A DNA stretch of 64,000 nucleotides. It comes from Allocoleopsis franciscana PCC 7113 (GTDB lineage: Bacteria; Cyanobacteriota; Cyanobacteriia; Cyanobacteriales; Coleofasciculaceae). The stretch lies in NCBI RefSeq assembly GCF_000317515.1, contig NC_019738.1, forward strand, positions 2,001,623 through 2,065,622, in the 5' to 3' direction. The translations under genes were made by a program, and so were the position numbers. Each line of letters begins with the position of its first letter. Positions within the stretch are counted from its first letter, which is position 1. This document shows, one piece after another, positions 57,583-64,000 of the stretch. The notes under the pieces were generated by a model that did no database searches, was not told where the DNA came from, and was given only the letters and a program-made list of their open reading frames with translations.

Positions 57583-60500
57583 CTACGAAGATTGCCGAAT
57601 CGGAAGGGAAATTAAGAACACCGTACCCTGACCTGGTGCTGAAATACACTCCAATCGCCCCCCGTGTTTTTCCACCACAATCTGGTAACTAATCGACAAC
57701 CCTAAACCTGTACCCGAACCGACGGGTTTGGTTGTAAAGAACGGATCGAAAATCCTTCGCTGTACCTCTTGGGTCATCCCAGGCCCGTTGTCACTAATCA
57801 GAATCATTACCTCATTGCGCTCGGCTATAACCTCTGTGCAAATCCAAATCAACCCAGGATGACTTTTGAACAGCTCAGGCGAACACGGTGGGTTAACCTG
57901 TCCAAGCGCCTCGCAAGCGTTACGAGATGCGATCGCGTCTATGGCATTCGCCAGGATATTCATAAACACCTGATTGAGTTGCCCCGCATAGCACTGCACT
58001 TTGGGCAGATTGTTGTAGTCTTTAATAATTTGGATATCTGATTCTTCCGGTCGTTGGGCTTTCAGGCGATGAGCGAGAATCAACAGGCTATTATCAATCC
58101 CCTCGTGAATATCCACCCATTTCATCTCAGCTTCATCCACCCGTGAGAAGTTCCTCAAAGATAAGACAATCTGACGGATGCGATCGGCACCGCCCTTCAT
58201 GGATGACACGATTTTGGGGAAATCCTCTTTCATGAAATCCAAATCAAGGTTCGCCGCTGCCGTTTCAATCACGGGTGCAGGACGGGGGCAATATTCCTGA
58301 TAAAGTTGAATCAGATGGAGCAAATCTTCGGCATATTCACTCACGTAGGTGAGATTGCCATAGATAAAATTAACAGGATTATTAATTTCGTGCGCGATAC
58401 CCGCGACTAATTGCCCTAAAGAAGACATTTTTTCGCTTTGCACCAATTGAGCCTGGGTTTGCTGGAGTTCATTCAATGCCTGTTTAAGCTGGGTTGCTTG
58501 CTCTTGAGCTGCTGCTGCGGTTGTGCGACTTTGATGCAAAAGTTCGGCCTGGTCAATAGCGATCGCCATTTGATCCGCCACTGCCTCTAGCAATTCTACT
58601 TCCTCCTGACGCCAAGGTCTTGAACCCGTTGAGTGACCACAGCTAACCACTCCAATTTCGCCGGATGTGGTGTGAATCGGCAATGCCAACATCGCCGTGT
58701 AGCCCAAACTGAAGAAAAACTTGCGCTCGGCGGGATCTGTTAAACTCCTGGCATTGTCCACACGAGTAATTTCCTTGTTAAACACCCGACGGGTCAAGGG
58801 GCCAAAGGTGCTAAGCGGAACACAGTGACCAATAACGCTGGGAAAGGCCGGACTCCTCGCTTCGGTCACGACCTCCCAAACGGGTTGAGTTTCATGCGCT
58901 CTGTACCACAAAAAGAAACAACGGTCAATCTTTAATAAGTTTTGAATTTCATGCACCGCTGTTTCTAGAATGGTGTTGAGGTCGAGAGAACGACGAATCT
59001 GACTTGCCAATTGGTTCAGCAAAGCCTCCCTCTGAGCTATGGCTCGAAATCTAGCTTCCGATTGCCGCAACTCCTCTTCTGAAAGCTGATGTTCCAACAA
59101 TGCTCCCACCCACTGCGCCATCAGCTTCAACAGTGCCTTATCTCCGGCTGTAAAAGGGTGTTGGTGTGCGTGGAGACTAAAAAAGCTTAAGCTGCCGTAT
59201 ATTTGACCCGCTACCACCACGGACATACCAAGATAGGCTTCCACTGGGCGAGAGGTATAGGCAGGGAGATGACGCCAGGAAGAAGTTCCAGCCGATGCAA
59301 ACGCAATTGGTTCTTTCGTGCCCAACGTTACGCTGCAATACGTCTGCTCTAGATTCCAGATCGTTCCTTTGGTAATGGGAAAGCTAGATTTGGGCGCAAC
59401 TTGAGCGGCAATGACTTCATAGACATTGTTTTTCACCCGACCTAAAGCCCCTATTTCCAGTCCAAATCGGCGGCGTCCCAGAGCTAACAAGCCTTGCAGG
59501 CGTTGCTCAAAGCTGAGTTTTCGAGCTGTGCTGACTTTATAGATCGCTCGCAGGGTTTCTTCCGTGCGTTTGCGTTCCTTAATTTCGTGTTTCAGCGCTT
59601 CGGCTTGCTCTTGGGCTTTAACAGTGGCAATTTGACTTTGATTTAAGAGTTCCGCTTGTTGAATGGCGATCGCCAATTGCTCGGCAACAGCTAAGGTGAG
59701 TTGCACCTCTGAGTCTTGCCAAGCGTAAGCATGATTTTCGACAAACAAGCTGAGACTTCCCCAGAGTTGGGAACCCAAATACAACGGCACCCATAACCCA
59801 GCACCGGGAAAAGTTGGAGAAAAGTGGCGGTTAATTTCATCCTCACACTGATTCGTGTGATCCATCAAAACCAGTTGTGATTGCTTCAATCGAGCAGCAA
59901 TACAATTATCCTCATCCGGAATTTCTAAACCTAATGCGACGGGTAAATCAGAGGAGGCGCGATAATCAGCGACATTCAACCACAGCTTGCGGTCTGGCAA
60001 ATATTGAACCACAAGCGCCCGATCTACGGGCAAGAGTTTGCCAATTTCAGCAACAGCGGTGAAAAAAATCGTCTCTAAATCGAGAGAGTTGCGGATAGAT
60101 TGGACAAGCTGATGTAGCGCCTGCTCTCTGAGAAGGCGTTGTTGCAGCGCTTTTTCTGCCTGCTTGGCTGGTGTAATGTCGTGAGTTACACCGAGCAAAA
60201 ACCGGATTGTCCCATCTTGGGCGAACTCTGGGATAATACGGGTTTGATAAGATTTAAGACCACTGGCGGTGGGAAAATCGAATTCAATCATCCCTTCCTG
60301 CCCGGTTGCCAATACCTCCAACAAGACCTTGTTCCAACCCGCCACGAGTTCCTGTGGCATACCCAATTCCTGATTAGTTTTGCCAATAAATGTCTGTCTC
60401 GGTATTCCCGTGCTGCGTTCCACGGCTGGATTGACGTACAGATGGCGTAATTGGGGGTCAAACCGCACAATCAAGTCTGGTGAATGTTCCACCAAGGCTC

Positions 60501-61719
60501 TAAATTCTTGTTCACGCAGATGTAACAGTTCTTCAGCTTGCTTTCGTTCGGTGATGTCTGTGGAAATCACCATTGCTGCGATAACTTCTCCCTCCTGTTG
60601 AATTGGGCCAACACGGCTGGCATACCAGGACGTTGTACCATAGGCTCCCGATCCCTGTGTTTCGTAGTAAACCGCTTCCCCGGTTTGGAAAACTCGCTCA
60701 AAGGATTGTTTTAATAACGGTTTACTTTCGTCGGGTATGTAATCATACACACTGCTACCAATGGCCTGTTCTAATGTAAAACCGGGTACAGTGCGATTTA
60801 TATACAGGATTTTACCGGTGCGATCGCAGGTGAAAATCAGGTCGGGAGCATTTTTTACCAGGGAGCGCCACCGTTCTTCGGATTCACGCAGGGCTTTTTC
60901 GGTGCGTTGGCGCTCATTAATTTCTTGCTGAAGTTGTTCTAAGGTTTTTGTGAGTTTAGCAGTACGCTGTGCAACTAATTCTTCCAGGTGTTCCTGATAT
61001 TGAGCCTGGGATAGAGCAATGCTAACTTGGTCAGCCAGTTGCTGCAAAAGTTCAATTTCACCCCTTAACCACTGCCTGGGATGAGCGCACTGATGGGCTA
61101 CCAACAAACCCCAAAGTTTTTCCTTGAGAAGAATCGGTACCACTAATTTGGACTTCACCTCAAATTGTTGGAGAAATTCCACCATGCAAGGAGATATCTC
61201 AGCGTCTTCTACATTTTTAATCGCCAGAATACGTCCAGAGGCATAGAGCTGATGGTACTCTTGGGGAAAAACTTCGGCTTCAAATACTTGTCCCAGAACC
61301 GTTGACCAACCGGGCACAATCGCTTCTGTGACTCCGCTTCCGGTTCCATCGGGCCAAAGCCGATAGATTAAAACTCGATCCGCCTCCAGCAACTCTCGCA
61401 CTTCTGTAACTGTGGTTTGCAGAATGTCCTCTAACTGTAAAGACTGGCGAATTTTAAGAGTGATTTTAGCCAGTAACTGTGTCCACTGGTCTTGTTGAGC
61501 TGGCTGTTTGCTCCAGGAATTGGCTTGATTTAAATTAGTCGAAATAAGCTCTTGTTTTTTTTTCAATGTCCATTCATTATCTGTGTTGTCCGACATTGAT
61601 TCCGTCATGTGAGCTAAGCTGTGATTGAGGTCTGAGTTGCAGCTCTGCATCGATTTTTCGGCTCCAATTTGATTGGTATTGCCAATTTCGGGACAATAAA
61701 ATACTCTCCTCACAATCAA
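57583..61719 (-). CDS. Multi-sensor histidine kinase (GAF/PAS repeats, HisKA, HATPase; no receiver)
   Basis: Several GAF/PAS segments. H-box LVAGIAHEINNPVNFIYGNL. ATP-binding GTGLGLSISYQIVVEKHGGRL. Confidence 0.85.
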   Translation of the reverse strand: MIVRRVFYCPEIGNTNQIGAEKSMQSCNSDLNHSLAHMTESMSDNTDNEWTLKKKQELISTNLNQANSWSKQPAQQDQWTQLLAKITLKIRQSLQLEDILQTTVTEVRELLEADRVLIYRLWPDGTGSGVTEAIVPGWSTVLGQVFEAEVFPQEYHQLYASGRILAIKNVEDAEISPCMVEFLQQFEVKSKLVVPILLKEKLWGLLVAHQCAHPRQWLRGEIELLQQLADQVSIALSQAQYQEHLEELVAQRTAKLTKTLEQLQQEINERQRTEKALRESEERWRSLVKNAPDLIFTCDRTGKILYINRTVPGFTLEQAIGSSVYDYIPDESKPLLKQSFERVFQTGEAVYYETQGSGAYGTTSWYASRVGPIQQEGEVIAAMVISTDITERKQAEELLHLREQEFRALVEHSPDLIVRFDPQLRHLYVNPAVERSTGIPRQTFIGKTNQELGMPQELVAGWNKVLLEVLATGQEGMIEFDFPTASGLKSYQTRIIPEFAQDGTIRFLLGVTHDITPAKQAEKALQQRLLREQALHQLVQSIRNSLDLETIFFTAVAEIGKLLPVDRALVVQYLPDRKLWLNVADYRASSDLPVALGLEIPDEDNCIAARLKQSQLVLMDHTNQCEDEINRHFSPTFPGAGLWVPLYLGSQLWGSLSLFVENHAYAWQDSEVQLTLAVAEQLAIAIQQAELLNQSQIATVKAQEQAEALKHEIKERKRTEETLRAIYKVSTARKLSFEQRLQGLLALGRRRFGLEIGALGRVKNNVYEVIAAQVAPKSSFPITKGTIWNLEQTYCSVTLGTKEPIAFASAGTSSWRHLPAYTSRPVEAYLGMSVVVAGQIYGSLSFFSLHAHQHPFTAGDKALLKLMAQWVGALLEHQLSEEELRQSEARFRAIAQREALLNQLASQIRRSLDLNTILETAVHEIQNLLKIDRCFFLWYRAHETQPVWEVVTEARSPAFPSVIGHCVPLSTFGPLTRRVFNKEITRVDNARSLTDPAERKFFFSLGYTAMLALPIHTTSGEIGVVSCGHSTGSRPWRQEEVELLEAVADQMAIAIDQAELLHQSRTTAAAAQEQATQLKQALNELQQTQAQLVQSEKMSSLGQLVAGIAHEINNPVNFIYGNLTYVSEYAEDLLHLIQLYQEYCPRPAPVIETAAANLDLDFMKEDFPKIVSSMKGGADRIRQIVLSLRNFSRVDEAEMKWVDIHEGIDNSLLILAHRLKAQRPEESDIQIIKDYNNLPKVQCYAGQLNQVFMNILANAIDAIASRNACEALGQVNPPCSPELFKSHPGLIWICTEVIAERNEVMILISDNGPGMTQEVQRRIFDPFFTTKPVGSGTGLGLSISYQIVVEKHGGRLECISAPGQGTVFLISLPIRQSS

Positions 61720-62206
61720 GGGATAGTTTAGAGAGTTGAAAATTATTGGAGTTAAATCAAGATAAATATTTTCTTGAAAACTAATCCCTTAGGGTAAACG
61801 CGATAGCATCTTTAAAAAAATATAAAACTCTATAAACTCATCTCTTGTGAAAAAAAACACAATCGTGTTCAATCTATCCTGTAGATGCTTGGGCTTCTTG
61901 CCGGGGTGATGGAAGAGGAAAATTTTTATCGCCTAACAATAACCCTCTTGAGTTAGAAGTCTATATATAATTCTTGCCATATTTGGCAACAAATGTAAGT
62001 CTATTTAAGAAGTATTTACACAATCTTATTGCAACTTTACTTACGGGGATGTTTTGGATACTGTTATTCCATTCATTCTCGTCTTGTAAGTACTGCAAAC
62101 TTTTCTAGAGACTCCTCTAGGTATGGTTTTAGAGAAATTTTGCCAAAGCTGCACACCTGTAGAGGAGCCTCATGAAGGCTTTATGTATTATTCAATACAT
62201 CATAAC

Positions 62207-64000
62207 TTAATGATGATTTAGTGGCAGCGTCACCGTAAAGGTTGTGCCAACGCTTCCTTCACTAGCTACAAAAATCTCGCCTCCCTGTAATTCCACACAC
62301 TGTTTAACGACGAATAAACCTAAACTACTGGCGGCAAGGGTGCCGAGGGAATTGCCTCGGTGCAATACCTTAAACAGCAATTCTTGGTCTTCAGGAGATA
62401 TACCTGATCCAGAATCTTGAATGTGAAAAACGACCTGTTGTTCTTGACAAATCAACTCCATCTTAACCTCGCTGCCTTCAGGCGAAGACTTAATCGCGTT
62501 GAGCAGTAAATTGGTGAGTAGGTGCCGCAGTAGTTTTTTGTCCATACACACATCAACATCAAGACATTCACTATTAAAGCTCAGTTGATGTAAGAAACCT
62601 GCACCCTGCTGTACATCTTCGGTCAACTCACGGCAGAACTCGGTTAGATTGAGCAAAGCGGGGTTTAAGCTCAGTTCTTTCGCTTCTAACTTCTTAATCA
62701 ACAACAAGTTATGCAAAAGCTGATTGATCCGTCTAACATTTGCTTGAATCAGTTGCAGATAGTAGAGTAGTTTTTCATCAGCTTCTGGATGAGCGTTCGT
62801 TTCAATTAACTTCGTGCAAGCGAAAATATTGTTGAGTGGATTCCGCAGTTCCCGCACCACAACCGAGACAAAATAAGAAAAGTGAGATTGAAGAGTACTC
62901 AATTCGTCTTCTTTGGCTAAGGCTTCACTCATCGCGACGGCGGCAAGTTTTTGCTCAGTGATATCTCTAACGGTGACGACGACGGCCTCCGGTTTATTGT
63001 TGATGTCACTAATCGGCGTCATGGTATATTCATAATCCCGGATGCCGTCTACGGTCGGAAAACTGGCTTCATCTGCGATCGCTTGTCCCGTTGCGAAGAC
63101 GGTGGCGCGTTGAGCATCCAAGCGTTCCATCACCTCTGCGGGTAAATCGAGCTGTTGCCAGGTTTTACTGATAAAATCGCTTTGAGTCAAACCCAAGGCA
63201 TGTGCTGCGGCTCGATTCACATAGATGTATTTGCCGGTGCGATCGCAGACAAAGAAGAATTCAGACGTACTCGAAAGAATATCATTCAAGATTTTCCCTA
63301 GCTGTTCCAGCAAGGGTGCCAGTTGTTGATTGGGAGTTTCCAGCAACTGGTTTAAGCTATTTTTCTGCTCTTGAAGGGTAATTTCTAACTTCTTGGTCGC
63401 CTGCTGCTGTTTAATGGCTTCCTGGTGTTCAATGGCATGTTGCTGCGCGGCTTTGAGCTGACGCAGGGCTGTAATGTCTTCTAGGATACAGGTTGCCAAG
63501 GTGGGTTCAGACTGAGTCCCCCGGACGAGAGAAAAGGTCAGGCGTCCCCATTGCATAGAGCTATCATGATTCGAGAGACGCTTTTCTAGCTGGTAAGAGC
63601 GGCGTCGTCCTGCCATCAATTGGTGAAACATGGCAGACTCCATACCGGGTTCATCCAAGTTCAGCAACATGGGGAAACGAGACTGCAACTCTTGGGCGCT
63701 ATACCCTAAGGCTTCTTGAAGTGCCCGGTTGCTTTTGAGGATGCGACCCTGGTGATCGAGAAGTGCGATGCCAACCGCCGAGTTTTCAAACATAGCACGA
63801 AACAGGCGATCGCTCTGAGTTTGGGCAGACTCCTTCTTGGGGGATGTCAAGTCTTGCATCTGCCAGCGCAACCCCACCACCTCCCCTTGGGAATTCTTGA
63901 ACGGTGCCACAGTCAACGACACCCTAAAGGAGGCACCACGCCAACGCTGAAGCTGAACTTGCCAATTTTTAATCGACTCGCCCTTTTGCAACTGACGTAA
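62207..64000 (-). CDS. PAS-domain sensor kinase-like protein with HATPase domain and degenerate H-box. N-terminus probably continues past the window end.
   Basis: PAS repeats. DHp-like VSVVVRELRNPLNNI, with Arg where the phospho-His is expected. HATPase DSGSGI ... GLGL. No in-frame stop between 63991 and 64000. Confidence 0.7.
   Translation of the reverse strand, partial: LRQLQKGESIKNWQVQLQRWRGASFRVSLTVAPFKNSQGEVVGLRWQMQDLTSPKKESAQTQSDRLFRAMFENSAVGIALLDHQGRILKSNRALQEALGYSAQELQSRFPMLLNLDEPGMESAMFHQLMAGRRRSYQLEKRLSNHDSSMQWGRLTFSLVRGTQSEPTLATCILEDITALRQLKAAQQHAIEHQEAIKQQQATKKLEITLQEQKNSLNQLLETPNQQLAPLLEQLGKILNDILSSTSEFFFVCDRTGKYIYVNRAAAHALGLTQSDFISKTWQQLDLPAEVMERLDAQRATVFATGQAIADEASFPTVDGIRDYEYTMTPISDINNKPEAVVVTVRDITEQKLAAVAMSEALAKEDELSTLQSHFSYFVSVVVRELRNPLNNIFACTKLIETNAHPEADEKLLYYLQLIQANVRRINQLLHNLLLIKKLEAKELSLNPALLNLTEFCRELTEDVQQGAGFLHQLSFNSECLDVDVCMDKKLLRHLLTNLLLNAIKSSPEGSEVKMELICQEQQVVFHIQDSGSGISPEDQELLFKVLHRGNSLGTLAASSLGLFVVKQCVELQGGEIFVASEGSVGTTFTVTLPLNHH

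Overview
Probably a cyanobacterial chromosome segment: the HIP1 octamer GCGATCGC recurs throughout, and OCP and CoaR/CoaT homologues are present. Positions 1-46013 hold one large hybrid NRPS-PKS biosynthetic gene cluster that reads as an aryl-capped, thiazoline-containing metallophore or siderophore pathway. It has a minus-strand operon of about 37 kb: cytochrome P450; NRPS C-A-PCP-TE; PKS KS-AT-KR-ACP; PLP decarboxylase; NRPS C-A-PCP; NRPS Cy-A(Cys)-PCP-C-A-PCP-E; FkbH/acyl-dehydrogenase/ACP/3-hydroxyacyl dehydrogenase cassette; second PKS KS-AT-KR-ACP; Cy-A(Cys)-PCP NRPS with a TubC-like docking head; thiolase-fold KSIII-like::ACP fusion. A divergent plus-strand operon carries a free carrier protein, two AcpS-type phosphopantetheinyl transferases, a benzoate-CoA-ligase-family aryl ligase, a chorismate-utilising (salicylate/isochorismate synthase-like) enzyme, a TonB-dependent receptor and a periplasmic binding protein. 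Downstream lie a CoaR (MerR::CobH-like, C-terminal Cys-His-Cys) / CoaT (SPC-motif P1B-ATPase) cobalt-efflux pair, an orange carotenoid protein gene, and an AT-rich integrated island of about 6 kb. The island carries a tyrosine integrase next to tRNA-Leu(UAG), a 921-aa Cys-rich hypothetical protein, a lipoprotein and a small RHH protein. The window ends with two large PAS/GAF sensor histidine kinases, one with a degenerate H-box. The product chemistry, the unusual A-domain cores (Asp shifted to position 236) next to an in-cluster decarboxylase, a Cys-nucleophile TE, a KSIII::ACP fusion, AcpS-type PPTases and an O-methyltransferase-less FkbH cassette all merit follow-up. All calls rest on reading translated motifs by eye; no database searches were run.
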